Below are positions 44,566 through 55,670 of a DNA stretch of 61,938 nt, piece by piece. The stretch is from a virus. Its lineage: Duplodnaviria > Caudoviricetes. A model generated the notes under the pieces. That model was not told the DNA's origin. It did not search any database and saw only the letters and a program-made list of their open reading frames with translations. The stretch lies in the IMG/VR virus record IMGVR_UViG_3300044806_000236, positions 1 through 61,938 of that record. The stretch is one strand, 5' to 3'. Position 1 is the first letter of the stretch; the number at the start of each line of letters is the position of its first letter. A program made the translations under genes and the position numbers.

Positions 44566-47500
44566 TCGACCCCAGGTGCAACGCGCCTGGCAACCTGATC
44601 CTTCATCTTCTTCACGTTGTCGATCTGGGTCTTCTTCTGGTCAGGGTCGATGTTGCTTCGCTCGATTGCGCGAATACGCTCATTGAGCTTTGACTCCATT
44701 TCCTTGACCTTGGCCAGCGGCTTGTAGCGCTTGAGCTCGTCGGCGTGTTCTGCCATGTACTCACGCGCCTCTTCGATGCGGCCCTCGCGCTTCATGTGGT
44801 TCCAGGTAGCGTGTGCCTGCTCAAGCTCATTGGCCTGATCATACATCTGGGTGATGTACCTAGACCCTCCACTTCCGACCTCTTGACCGATACCTTGGGT
44901 TGCGAACTTCAGGTAGTCCATGGTCGGACGAGTTGGCTCATTGCTGGCGGCACGGGACAGCATGTCGGCACCGCCCACGACGAACGTGCCAAGCCAGGAG
45001 AAGTAGCCGCGGACAATGTGATCAACCTGGACCGGTGACAGGGCGCCACCGATCGAAGCAGAAACAGCTCTGGCCGGCAGGCTGGTATTGGCAGTGTAAC
45101 GCTCGGTAGGATCAAGCCGCTGCATCGACATGTTCTCGATCGGCCGGCCGGTGAAGCTGTCCTTGTTGGCGTAAAGATCGACGATCGGCTTGATGGCCTG
45201 CGGAACCGGGTTCATCGACAGGTTGTTCAGGAGAAGGCTCTTGAGGATCTTGCGATACCGCTCTCCGTTCATCTCGTCGTTGAGCATGAGCTCGACAGAC
45301 CTCTCGGCTACGGTAGCCACGGCGCCAACTTCGAACGGCTTCGGGATACGCCAGGCGGTGTCGCCGATCTTGAACCACCAGAAGTTGTCGCGATCCCAGT
45401 CCTCGCGCTTCTTCCAGTCATCGTCATCCTCACTCGCCATCATCAGCGCGATCGAGAACAACGCGGTTGCACCGGTAACGATTGCCAGCTTTCTCGGGTC
45501 GTCCTTGGCCGCGCGCCCAAGCTTGTACATGCCCTGAAGTCGAGCGTTCATAAACGGAACGATCTGGGTTAGGAAGCGAATCGTATTGAAGCTTCCCTGC
45601 ATCGAGAAGTCCATCAGGTCGCGCGCTAGAAGAGATGCCTCGGCATGGCTACGGCCTTGCGCTACGAGCTGCTTGTAGAGCGCCATGCGGTTGATCTCTT
45701 CGCCGCGGTTTCCGATCTCGTTGTAGGCAGACACCAGCGGCTCAAGTGTGCGGTCATAGAACTGCTGGAGCTTGCCCTCGCTGTTCAGGATGGTCGAGTC
45801 CTTGACGCCAGACTTGATGAGCTGTCGAACCCGTGCAGACTCGGAACCCTCAAGCATGGTTCCGAAGCGAATCAGGCCGCCGCCGGCCAGCGCAGAAACG
45901 TAATCCTGGCTGGCACGGTTGGATGCCTTAAATCCCTTGACGACGTTGGTGACTGGGTTGTATCCAAGCTCGCTGGCGCCGATCGCCTGAAGCGAGTCGC
46001 GGATCAGGTTGCGCACCTTGAATGCTGGAGAGGCAGTGACACCGACCGTCAGCCAGTGCTTGAACTTCGACAGCGTATCCATGATCGGATTGCGCATACC
46101 GGCATACTCGAGGCCGGTGATTGCCGTCATCACGAAGGGGTCGGTGACCTTGTACTCCTGCTTCTGGCCATTGTCCATGTACCAGACCGTCTTCTTGGTT
46201 CCCGGGGGAAGCAATGCACCGTTCGACTGGGCATAGGATGCCATGTCTGGCGCAACCTTCTGCGCCACGCCGGCCTGCTCGGCAGCCTGCAATGAAGCCT
46301 TGGCCGCTCGGTTCTTGGCCGATGCGTCAATCAGGTGCGACCAGTTGAGTAGCGTGTTCGACAGCAGGTCGGAGTTCAGCTTGTCGGTTCCACCCTTCAG
46401 CTTCTGGAATGCGCGCTGGCGAACCAGGCCGCTCTTGATGTTGCTGCCAATGAACTCGTTGTCTTCCTCTGACACACGGTAGAACGGGACGTAGAACTGG
46501 TTCTCCCAGTGCGGGCGAGAGGCACCATCGATCAGACCAGACTGCTCGGCCATGTCCAGCGTGTTCTTGTTGAACTCGTTGAAGATACGCAGTGCATCCT
46601 TGTAGATCAACGCACGGTTGCGCGTCGTGGCGCCGCCGGGAAGCGTGTAGTCGAACGTGGTCTGTCCGGTTGCAAGAGACTTTCCTGCGGCAATGTCTTG
46701 CGGCGAGAACAGGTTTTCCTTGCCTTGCGCAGAAAGGGCATCAGCTCGGTTCGCGGCGACCCACCACATGAAGTCCTCGAGCTCTCCATTCAGCGGGATG
46801 CCGAGACGATCAACGAAACCACCGGACGTGTCTGCATCATAGACATTGTCGCGAAGACGAAGCTTGCCATGGTGGAGCAATGCATCGAATGCACCGGACG
46901 CTCCCTTCGACAGGCGAGACAGCATGTATGCCTGCATTCCACCCGGGCCGAGATCCTTTAGGCCGCGGAACTGATCGACAATACCGGTCGCCATCTTCTT
47001 TGCGAAGTCGCTGCGCATGGCGCCAAGCTTCTCAAGGAATGACGGCTCGTCGATAGTGCGGCCGACACGCTTGAAGAAGTCGGTGTGGTCCTGGCTGTAC
47101 GGGCGAGTGCTGGCGCCGATGATGCGAGAGGTGCTCTTCCGGATGTCCGGATTGGCCGGATCGAACTGGCCGTTGTTTCCGATGGCGGATTTGATTTGGG
47201 TGGTGTCGAATGCATACGCAGTCTTTATGTTTCCGTCTTTATCAACGAACATAACGCCGTCGTGACCATCCCGCGCCAATGCTTCATCTGTCTTGCTTCT
47301 TGACCACTCGCGTAACCCGTCATCTGGAAGCGAGAAGACCTTCGGATTCTTGATGGAAACATACAACGGCATGATATTCCCGCCGCTTCCTTGCTCTGTT
47401 ATTCCTTCCTTCGTATAAACAGAGGCGAGTTCTGTATCTGAAGTTACCCATATACGCTTGCCCTTGAAAACAGAGAAGTCTTTCGGAGTGCCGTGATAAA

Positions 47501-50500
47501 CCACCAACGGCTTCCCATCGGCATCCACCACCTTTGAGTCACCAAACCACTTCTTGAACTCCGGCGTATCGGTCTGGGTACGGCGTGGCGAGAACAGCGG
47601 CAGCGGCTCGGACATCTTGGGGGTGACGGAGAAGCCAGGCTGGTCGCTTCTTGCGGATACCAGCTTATCTCTGAAAGCACGAGCATCAGACTCGGTGTCA
47701 AAGTCTTGCTCTCCGCCATCCCACTCTACGTGCTGTGTGCCATCGGAGTATTCGCTCCAACGAATCTCTGAGTCATCGGTATTAACCCCCGTGTTTACGG
47801 AAACCACCTCCATCTTCCCGCCGACCTTCTTCAGTTGGTCAGAGACTACCTGCGGGACGATGCGGTCGTAGAAGGTCTTCATTCCCGACCCGCCGACTTT
47901 TAGATCGAGGCCGCGATACTCGGCGTTCGTGTCCTCATCTGTTACATCGTTTATGATCTTCTCGGCCAACTCTTTTCCGACCAAGTCGGGAAGCTCATCC
48001 TTCGTAACTTTTTTGTTGATGATGTCTTTGTCGCGACCCTTGTCAGCGCCGACAAGATACTTTCCATCCACAGACATTCCGGCGTATATAACGTCAACCT
48101 GCTTGCTCAGATCATACCGATCCGCAGACTGCTCGCCATTGATGAACGCCACCTTGTCGTAGCCATTGGCAGCAGCGTAGGCCATGATGCGCTTGATGGA
48201 TAAACCGAGCCATGCTTTCGTGTCGGTGACGAAGGGGGCGGACGGGGCTCCACCAGTAAAACCATTGCGAGTTGTCGCCGACTTAATGGCCTCTTCCTTC
48301 GTTTCGGCATAGGTGCCAACCTGAGTTTTACTGTTGTCGAACACAGCCCAGCGTGTTGCGTATGGGCTGATTTTTACTTCTTCAACAGACCATCCGGCAG
48401 GCAGCTTTCCGTCAGAGACAAACCCCTTCTTCTTCCCTTCCTGGCCCCAATCGCTCTGCACTTCCTCGATGAACAGTGTCTTTGCACCGGTTGAATCAAC
48501 GCGGTCGTTCATGCGGATGTGCGCAAGGATATTCGGCTCGTCCCAATGCGTAGAGCGGTAGTTGTTTCGGTCGGACTGCTTTGCGTAGCCTTCCATTGCG
48601 CCCTGTGCGCCACGCTCGGTGGCCCAGGCCAGCACCTCGCCAGAGTCGCTGCCCACATACAGCTTGCCGTCCGGCTTGCGGATGACATAGGCGCCATCGG
48701 CGTTTTCCTCAACCGCCCAGCCCGACTGCTGCCGGTTGGCCGGCAGCGTCAGCAGCAGCTCCCGGTAGTTGGACCCACCCGGCAGGACGTACTGGCCGTA
48801 CTTGGTTGCCTCATTGCCACCCCAGTAGTCCGGGTGGCCCATGTAGGCGTCAGAGATTGCTTCTGCTTCAGTGCCGCCGTAGCCGAGCACGTCGCCATCA
48901 GCGTTCTTGACCTGATACGGGTAGCGGCCTTCGCCCTGGTCATCGATCTCCAACCCAGCAGGCAACGTCGGGTTGTCTTCGTTGAAGCCCTGCTTGCCCT
49001 TCATCACTTCCTGAACCTGCACACCGCTGCCAGCCAGATACCCCAGCACATCAGACTTGCTGACCTTCTGCTTGCCCATCAAATCTAAAAAGTCATTGAT
49101 GCCCGTCCACAAAATCTCGTCGTCCTTGATCCCCAGCTTGGCCTTGTTGCCGGCGAGCCACAGCTTGACCTGGGCAGCCGGGCCGAACACGCGGTCCGGC
49201 GCCGATTCGATCGCCTTCTCGAGGCCGGAGAAGTACCAGCGGGATGGGGAGTAGCGGATGTCGGGATTGCTGCCATCGAACGTGCCGCGGTTGCCCGAAG
49301 CTGATTTGATTTCTGCTGAACGAAAGGCGACGTAGGTATCGCCGCCATCAGACGCTTGGCCTGGCGAGTCCTCGTAAATGATTGCGCCGTCGTAGCCGGC
49401 CGCCTTGAGCGCAGCGACAAAAGCGTTTTCACCGTTGTCGTCGTTGTCAAACAGCTCCCACTGGTTCTGTACGTTGTGGATGAACCGGGTGTTGAAGCCT
49501 GCGTTTTCAAGCGCAAGCTCATCCTGCTCAGTCAGCCCTTGCCGCAGGTCAAGCGGATTTTGCAGCGCCATGTAGATCGGCATGACGTTCTTGCCTGATC
49601 CATCACGCAGGTACTCTTGGGAAAACTCAAGGGACGGCGTTGCAAAAATACCGGCGCGTGACGTCGTGACGTCGCCGAGCAGACCGTAGTTGTTGGTCGT
49701 TTCGCGGCCAGCCTCAAACTCGGTGATGTCACCGTTGGTCGAGTGATACATCAGAAGCGGTAGACCCTCGGCGTCGACCGGACCGTTGCCGTACCAGTCC
49801 CAGAAGTTACGCAGCGCCTGCTTGGTCGGGGCGATCATCCTGCCGTCGCTGGCGACGTTGCCGCGCGTGATCTTTTCCTTGGCACCGCGCGAAGACACAA
49901 CCACTTCGTCTGTCACCGTAGTGCGCTTGGTGGCGAAGTCTTTGGCAAAGAGGTCGTCTTGTCTGGCCGGGCTGAACTTGATGTCATCCCGGTAGTACAT
50001 CTTCCCGTCTTCAAGATCCGCAGCCCGTGGCTCGAATTTCTTCCACTCGGCACCGGTCATCTTGCCCATGGGGAGGTCGGTGCGGCGTTCTGTTTTCGGT
50101 GCAGTTTCGACGCTGACCGCAGGAGCCACGGCATCGGTCGGCGTAACTCCGCGGGTTGCGGCGCCGCCCATCAGGATGGCAACGCCTTGACGTCCGAAGA
50201 CGCCTGGCGCGTAGTATCCATCGAACCCTGCGTCGAGGATCAGCGACTCGCGGTCGTTTGCATCGCGCGTCTTCTGGCGGATACCTAGCGGATCTGCCTT
50301 GATGTCGTAGAGATTGTCGAGCTTGACGGTGTGCGCGTAGGCACCGACACCAGACTCCGGAAATACACCCTGGCCTTCATTGACGTAGGCGTACAGACGA
50401 GAATGGAGGCGCGTGTCTTTCGCTTCCTTCAGGCGCTTTCCTTCTTCGCCGGCCAGGCCGGTTCCGAAGTATCCTCCGGTCAGGTGCTTTCGTTGCTTTC

Positions 50501-53500
50501 TGGAGTAGTGGGTGCCGGTGACGTCGACTCGTCCCAACTGGCGATCACCTGGTCGACCCTGTCCTGCAACGCCGCCATTTGCTGCGGGTTGTCCATATCC
50601 CCGGGCGGGGCTGAACTTTGCGCTGAAGTTGTCTGGGGTTGCGCCAGTTTCTGCGGCGTCGCGCTCGAGCCGGTTGGCTGGCCCCCATCCGTATTGGTCT
50701 GCGTATCGCTTGTTGACTCGGTCAATTGCGGGCGAAAGCTGATCATCGGCCCACTTGAGTAGATCGGATCGTCCGGCTTTGCCCACCCGAGACTTGTAAT
50801 CTTCGCCATTGGGAGATTCCTTCCAGTTGTTTTCGATTGCATCACCGTCAAAGGTGAATGACCTCATTGTCGCCCCATTGGCCCAAGGCTTCAACTTTCC
50901 TGCGGCGCGCTCAATGATTTTCTCGAATTGCTTGTGATCGAACTGCTGCGCCGGATTGTCATTGAAGCTGGTGAAGTTTAGGAAACGCACGCCAATCGGC
51001 GTATTTGCTGGTGCCCATTCCTGATGCCCAGCCAGCTTGCTGACGATGCCGTAGAACTCGGCGACTTCTGCTGTCGTCAGGGAGCGTCCGAAATTAACCT
51101 CGACGCCGGTCGGATACATGGCGTGATTTTCTGGTGCGCGATAGACCGGGTAGTGCCAATAGACGCCTTCCTGGTTCAGTACATAACCAAGGATTGATGC
51201 GGCCACTTCAAGATTCTTGCGCGAATCGGCGTCGACCTTGACGCTGCCCATGTTGTCGGCAACGATGCCGATCTTCTGCAGGATGGTCTGCGCGCCAGCG
51301 GCGACGTCGCCTTTCCATGCAGACGGACCAAACAGCGTGCGACGGAAGTCAATGCCGAGCTTCTTGCCGACCTGCAGCATGTCAAACTCGGCGAAGATGT
51401 CGGCCAGGTACTGCTGCTGGACATGAAGTGGCGCACCGAAGATGCCCGGCAAGATACCGGTCGTTCCGCCTGGCTTGGCTTCCCAGCTGATTTGCATGTT
51501 GGTACGGCGCTGGCGCTGCAGGAATTCGATCCGGCGCCCTGCTTCGTCGAGCATGCTCTGGCGCTTCTCGTCGGCGAACGGTGCGCGGCCGGGGTCTTCG
51601 TGCTTTGGCATCGGCATGGTGTTGAGCTTCTGCCCAAGTCCGGCGTTACGCAGGATGCCTGCATACGGCTCCTGACGGAACAGCAGTTCGAAGTCTGGCG
51701 TGGCAGAGATCAGGTCGTCCGTGATCACCCCGTCGTTCATCAGTTGCTTGGCGGTACGGGTTTCGCCAGATGCGTCGAGCGTCTCGAGCATGGTCTTGGC
51801 CCACGACCAGATGGTTTCCTGCACCTCTGCCGGCGTCCAGGCGACGCCCGTTTCTTTCGACAGGATCTTGGCCGCCATGCGTGTCTTGACGTTCATCGCC
51901 AGGTAGCCAGCGCCCTTGCCGGGATCAGATCCGTCCTTGCTCTTGCCGGTGCCGGAAAACAGGTTCTGATCGACCAGCGCGTAGTTTGCCACCCAGGCGT
52001 CGTTGGTCACTTCTTCCCAGTTGCCGACCAGGTTCAGCATGAAACTATTGACCTTTGGACCGGACAGCGTCAGGTCATCCAGGTTCTTGATGGTCAGCGC
52101 ATCCATCGAGTTATTGACCCAGGCTCCCATCACGCTGGATTCAGCGCCAGACCCTTCGACGCTCTGACCGAGCAGGCGCATGATTGAAGGCTTGTCGGTC
52201 GGGCGGCCGGCGGCATCCCAGTTGGCCCACATGCGCAGCGCGTTGCGCGTATTGACCTCGACGGAAACCTGCGGCGACAGCGCCGCCAGCAGCCCGGCAA
52301 AACGGCGGGCCTCGGCGCCAAACAGATGCGACAGTGCGTTGGCGCTGTTTTTGTACCAGCCGCGCTTGGCCTTTCCGGCATAGGCGACAGCGGCCATTTC
52401 GTTTTCTGACGGCATGACATTGAACAGCTCAACGATGCGGTCTTGGTTACGCTTGCCGACCTTCGATTTCTCGCGATCGGTCATCAGCTTCTTGAGCTTT
52501 TCAATGTTGGTCTGTTTTCCGGAGAACTTAACCACGCCATCGCCCGCCGGCTCAACCGTGCGGCCGTCCTTCACCGCCTTGGCGTAGTCGGCAAATCCTT
52601 GAGCCATGGCCTCGCGTATCTTCTCGAGGTTGTCTGCCATACGCCGATCGACGGCGAACATCGTACCGCCACGGATGGTGCGCAGAAGACTGTTGATGAC
52701 CTTGACCACGGCCATGCGCAACTGGTTGATGATCTTCTTGGCCAGCGTAGTTCCGTGCTGCTCCTCTAGCTTGGCGAACATCGAGCTCCAGAACTCAGCC
52801 TCGCCCCAGCGGTTTCCACCAAGGTCAGCCATCCACTCTTCGACCAATGCATCGCGCTGTTCAGCGGACATCTCGGCCGGCATCGTCTTGCCGTTGTTGT
52901 AGTCGGCGTAGAAAGCCTTCAGCTCCGCATCGGTGAGGAGCTCACTGACCGCATCAAGCATCTGCTGATAGACCTTCGGCGCCTGACGACGCAGGGCGTG
53001 CATCATTTCGTGGCCGAGCACGCGCAACTGGGAAACGCTCGAGTCAGACTTGATGTAGATCGTGTTTCCGTTTATGTAGAAACCATCGGCGTCGGCATCA
53101 GTCTTGAAGATGACGATCTTCTTGCCGAACAGTTTTGCCAGCATGCGCAGGCTCTTGGCGCCCTGTTTGGTAAGCGTTCCTGGAGCGTCCGTATCCTTTG
53201 CGTCCGGAAGCGCTTCGTCTTTGACTTCTTCGAAGTCGGTGGCGCCAATCGTGCGCGCTACTGCGGCATTGTCAGGAGCCTGTTCGGGCATGCCAGTGGT
53301 TCGCCCAGAGCGACGATCGTTCGCTTCCTGTGCCACGGCATAGGGATCGCGGCCGGCGGCCTTCTGGCGCGACGGCGATAGCTTGCCGGTGCTCTTCTCG
53401 ATCTCGGCCTGGGCTTCATCAGCAGTCCGTCCAGACTGACTGATCGGAGAAGTGGTGTCGCCCTCTTTTGCCCAACGAGCAAACGTGGCGGCCGGCATTC

Positions 53501-55670
53501 CGATAACTGCCTTGCGGCGCTTCGGGCCAGACTTGTCGCCGAAGTGATCGTCGTATGCCCGGGCGGCGTCGGCCTGAGATGAATAGCCGATCATCCCCTT
53601 GTGCTCGTCGAAGCGTCCAGTCTTCGGGTTGAACTGGTCAATGACATAGACCGTTCCACTGTGATCTGCTGGCGTACCTTCCTTGACGAAGACGTCGACC
53701 TGGTCGCCATCGGCGCCAACGGTACGCTTGATGTACCCGTAATGCGCACGCATCGTGGTGGTCCAGGACTTCTTTCCTTCCTTTCCGGATCGCGTCGACC
53801 CGATCGGATTCTCGACGGAAATGTCGAGCGGACCAACCTTGATGTGGCCCTTCTTGTAGTTTCCGGCGGCGATCTGTGCTTCGCTCGGAGATGTATTGGC
53901 AGCAGCTGCCTCTTCATCAACAAGCGCCGTTCCGCGGGCTTCCGCGGCGATACGTGCAGCGGCGATACGTTCAGCGTTTCTTGCTTGAACTCCAGGCATG
54001 CTTGATACCGGCTGCGCAGATTGCGGCGCCAGTTCGCCCTGTGCCGATTCAAGAGCTAGTGCAGACTCGGTGGCGTCGGAAGTTCCCATAGCCATAGACG
54101 TTCCGCGGCCAGGAACAGATGATGCGGCAGTGTTACTGCTTCCACCTCCGATTCCTGAGACAGTAGATGCATTTCCTCCGCCTCCGCCTGCGACAGAACC
54201 TCGTCCTTGACTGCCTGCTTCATCCAGTTGGGGAGCATTGCCGTCCTCCTGTTCGAGTTGTTGCCGGCGCATGGCAGCCTGGTCCTGCGCCTCGAGAGTG
54301 AGGCGGTCCTTTGGAACCATGGCAAAGCGACCACTGACGCGCGGGTGCGGAACTACCGTCAGTCGGTCAGCATCTTCGCGTTGATCGATCGCGCTCTGGG
54401 CTGCGTCTCTGCTGGCGAACGGGACAAGCGTTGTTCCGTTGTCCAGCATTTGACCGGTGATTCCGGTATCGACTACTGCGGCCGACAGTGCGCCGTCGTT
54501 GCGGTTGATCTCGGTTGTTCCGCCGCTTTGGTTAGGGACAATGATCGCGTCAGGCTTTCCGTTGTAGCCAATCTGCGGAACGTCTGAAGGAAGCGCATCA
54601 TAGGCGGCCGTCGCTCCTGCCAGTTCAGTGTTGGATGCAGTGAGGTCAGCAGCAGCCTCTTCCTGAGTCATGGGCTGGGTTTGCTGTGGCGGCTTTGCCA
54701 TGTACGAGCGCACGCCGGCAGGGGCGCCAGCGATGCCGAACAGCATGGTCTGCGCAGCCGTGTTGATGTACTCGTCGCGAGCCTCTGGGCTCATCAGTTC
54801 CAACTTGGCAGCATCACGCTCAAGCACGGTCTGGACAAGCTCAACCGGTATTTCCTTGCCGGCCACGATCGCCATGTTTCCGGCAACAGTCTTGACCAGC
54901 GGGTAGGCGCCTTCGCCAGCGGCTCGATACGCACCTTTGCCAAGCATGCCGCCGAGCAGGATCTTGTCGCCAAGGAATTCTGCAGCAGCATGGCCGGCAG
55001 CGCGCGGAAGAACCTGGCCGAGCTCGACCTGGTTCGGATCGTACTTTGCTTCCTGAAATGCTCGCGACCCAGTTTCGCCGACGCCATGGAATCCAGCCAT
55101 GCCGGCAATTGCTGCGTTCTGCCCGACTTCCTTGCCAATCTCTTTTGCAACAAACTTCTTGGCAGCACCTTCACCTTGGTCGACGGCGATCTTCTTCGCC
55201 TCATCCAACAAGGCATCCTTGATGATTTTCTTTCCGACAAAACCGGTAGCACCACCAACGCCAGCGGTGATCGGATTGCCGAGCGCGCCACCTAGTAGCG
55301 TTCCGGCGCCGGCCGCAACCAGAGACTCAGCAAGATTTCCCGTGACTTGGCCAAGGCCATGCTGCGCCCAGTCGATCGCGCCGCCGACATCCTTGACGTT
55401 CGTGAATTCGTCAGTCGGCTTACCTCCGATCTCTTCAACCTTGCGGTTGGCGTCCTGCATCGTCTCGATACCAGACTGAACCATGCCTTCGCTATCGATC
55501 GCTTTACCGACAAGCGCCTTGCCGGCGCCGTACATTTCCTGCATCTGCGGGACATACTTCTTCAGGCCGCGCAGGTAGTCGCCTTGCTCTGCCTTTGCCG
55601 GCGCAGCACCATCAATTACATTGTCTGGATCAAAACCGTCGAGCTTGATGCTGCTGGGATCGAACGCCAT
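44562..55670 (-). CDS. Giant polyvalent (probably virion-injected) protein, 3702 aa
   Basis: Pyrophosphatase-like domain (GNYKKGH..HYGY..GADGDQVDVF), zincin HEMMH, ART-like domains (YHST, YHGT) and LPD38-like C-terminus (WRIPKPFEVG). Confidence 0.9.
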   Translation of the reverse strand: MAFDPSSIKLDGFDPDNVIDGAAPAKAEQGDYLRGLKKYVPQMQEMYGAGKALVGKAIDSEGMVQSGIETMQDANRKVEEIGGKPTDEFTNVKDVGGAIDWAQHGLGQVTGNLAESLVAAGAGTLLGGALGNPITAGVGGATGFVGKKIIKDALLDEAKKIAVDQGEGAAKKFVAKEIGKEVGQNAAIAGMAGFHGVGETGSRAFQEAKYDPNQVELGQVLPRAAGHAAAEFLGDKILLGGMLGKGAYRAAGEGAYPLVKTVAGNMAIVAGKEIPVELVQTVLERDAAKLELMSPEARDEYINTAAQTMLFGIAGAPAGVRSYMAKPPQQTQPMTQEEAAADLTASNTELAGATAAYDALPSDVPQIGYNGKPDAIIVPNQSGGTTEINRNDGALSAAVVDTGITGQMLDNGTTLVPFASRDAAQSAIDQREDADRLTVVPHPRVSGRFAMVPKDRLTLEAQDQAAMRRQQLEQEDGNAPQLDEAGSQGRGSVAGGGGGNASTVSGIGGGSSNTAASSVPGRGTSMAMGTSDATESALALESAQGELAPQSAQPVSSMPGVQARNAERIAAARIAAEARGTALVDEEAAAANTSPSEAQIAAGNYKKGHIKVGPLDISVENPIGSTRSGKEGKKSWTTTMRAHYGYIKRTVGADGDQVDVFVKEGTPADHSGTVYVIDQFNPKTGRFDEHKGMIGYSSQADAARAYDDHFGDKSGPKRRKAVIGMPAATFARWAKEGDTTSPISQSGRTADEAQAEIEKSTGKLSPSRQKAAGRDPYAVAQEANDRRSGRTTGMPEQAPDNAAVARTIGATDFEEVKDEALPDAKDTDAPGTLTKQGAKSLRMLAKLFGKKIVIFKTDADADGFYINGNTIYIKSDSSVSQLRVLGHEMMHALRRQAPKVYQQMLDAVSELLTDAELKAFYADYNNGKTMPAEMSAEQRDALVEEWMADLGGNRWGEAEFWSSMFAKLEEQHGTTLAKKIINQLRMAVVKVINSLLRTIRGGTMFAVDRRMADNLEKIREAMAQGFADYAKAVKDGRTVEPAGDGVVKFSGKQTNIEKLKKLMTDREKSKVGKRNQDRIVELFNVMPSENEMAAVAYAGKAKRGWYKNSANALSHLFGAEARRFAGLLAALSPQVSVEVNTRNALRMWANWDAAGRPTDKPSIMRLLGQSVEGSGAESSVMGAWVNNSMDALTIKNLDDLTLSGPKVNSFMLNLVGNWEEVTNDAWVANYALVDQNLFSGTGKSKDGSDPGKGAGYLAMNVKTRMAAKILSKETGVAWTPAEVQETIWSWAKTMLETLDASGETRTAKQLMNDGVITDDLISATPDFELLFRQEPYAGILRNAGLGQKLNTMPMPKHEDPGRAPFADEKRQSMLDEAGRRIEFLQRQRRTNMQISWEAKPGGTTGILPGIFGAPLHVQQQYLADIFAEFDMLQVGKKLGIDFRRTLFGPSAWKGDVAAGAQTILQKIGIVADNMGSVKVDADSRKNLEVAASILGYVLNQEGVYWHYPVYRAPENHAMYPTGVEVNFGRSLTTAEVAEFYGIVSKLAGHQEWAPANTPIGVRFLNFTSFNDNPAQQFDHKQFEKIIERAAGKLKPWANGATMRSFTFDGDAIENNWKESPNGEDYKSRVGKAGRSDLLKWADDQLSPAIDRVNKRYADQYGWGPANRLERDAAETGATPDNFSAKFSPARGYGQPAANGGVAGQGRPGDRQLGRVDVTGTHYSRKQRKHLTGGYFGTGLAGEEGKRLKEAKDTRLHSRLYAYVNEGQGVFPESGVGAYAHTVKLDNLYDIKADPLGIRQKTRDANDRESLILDAGFDGYYAPGVFGRQGVAILMGGAATRGVTPTDAVAPAVSVETAPKTERRTDLPMGKMTGAEWKKFEPRAADLEDGKMYYRDDIKFSPARQDDLFAKDFATKRTTVTDEVVVSSRGAKEKITRGNVASDGRMIAPTKQALRNFWDWYGNGPVDAEGLPLLMYHSTNGDITEFEAGRETTNNYGLLGDVTTSRAGIFATPSLEFSQEYLRDGSGKNVMPIYMALQNPLDLRQGLTEQDELALENAGFNTRFIHNVQNQWELFDNDDNGENAFVAALKAAGYDGAIIYEDSPGQASDGGDTYVAFRSAEIKSASGNRGTFDGSNPDIRYSPSRWYFSGLEKAIESAPDRVFGPAAQVKLWLAGNKAKLGIKDDEILWTGINDFLDLMGKQKVSKSDVLGYLAGSGVQVQEVMKGKQGFNEDNPTLPAGLEIDDQGEGRYPYQVKNADGDVLGYGGTEAEAISDAYMGHPDYWGGNEATKYGQYVLPGGSNYRELLLTLPANRQQSGWAVEENADGAYVIRKPDGKLYVGSDSGEVLAWATERGAQGAMEGYAKQSDRNNYRSTHWDEPNILAHIRMNDRVDSTGAKTLFIEEVQSDWGQEGKKKGFVSDGKLPAGWSVEEVKISPYATRWAVFDNSKTQVGTYAETKEEAIKSATTRNGFTGGAPSAPFVTDTKAWLGLSIKRIMAYAAANGYDKVAFINGEQSADRYDLSKQVDVIYAGMSVDGKYLVGADKGRDKDIINKKVTKDELPDLVGKELAEKIINDVTDEDTNAEYRGLDLKVGGSGMKTFYDRIVPQVVSDQLKKVGGKMEVVSVNTGVNTDDSEIRWSEYSDGTQHVEWDGGEQDFDTESDARAFRDKLVSARSDQPGFSVTPKMSEPLPLFSPRRTQTDTPEFKKWFGDSKVVDADGKPLVVYHGTPKDFSVFKGKRIWVTSDTELASVYTKEGITEQGSGGNIMPLYVSIKNPKVFSLPDDGLREWSRSKTDEALARDGHDGVMFVDKDGNIKTAYAFDTTQIKSAIGNNGQFDPANPDIRKSTSRIIGASTRPYSQDHTDFFKRVGRTIDEPSFLEKLGAMRSDFAKKMATGIVDQFRGLKDLGPGGMQAYMLSRLSKGASGAFDALLHHGKLRLRDNVYDADTSGGFVDRLGIPLNGELEDFMWWVAANRADALSAQGKENLFSPQDIAAGKSLATGQTTFDYTLPGGATTRNRALIYKDALRIFNEFNKNTLDMAEQSGLIDGASRPHWENQFYVPFYRVSEEDNEFIGSNIKSGLVRQRAFQKLKGGTDKLNSDLLSNTLLNWSHLIDASAKNRAAKASLQAAEQAGVAQKVAPDMASYAQSNGALLPPGTKKTVWYMDNGQKQEYKVTDPFVMTAITGLEYAGMRNPIMDTLSKFKHWLTVGVTASPAFKVRNLIRDSLQAIGASELGYNPVTNVVKGFKASNRASQDYVSALAGGGLIRFGTMLEGSESARVRQLIKSGVKDSTILNSEGKLQQFYDRTLEPLVSAYNEIGNRGEEINRMALYKQLVAQGRSHAEASLLARDLMDFSMQGSFNTIRFLTQIVPFMNARLQGMYKLGRAAKDDPRKLAIVTGATALFSIALMMASEDDDDWKKREDWDRDNFWWFKIGDTAWRIPKPFEVGAVATVAERSVELMLNDEMNGERYRKILKSLLLNNLSMNPVPQAIKPIVDLYANKDSFTGRPIENMSMQRLDPTERYTANTSLPARAVSASIGGALSPVQVDHIVRGYFSWLGTFVVGGADMLSRAASNEPTRPTMDYLKFATQGIGQEVGSGGSRYITQMYDQANELEQAHATWNHMKREGRIEEAREYMAEHADELKRYKPLAKVKEMESKLNERIRAIERSNIDPDQKKTQIDNVKKMKDQVARRVAPGVD

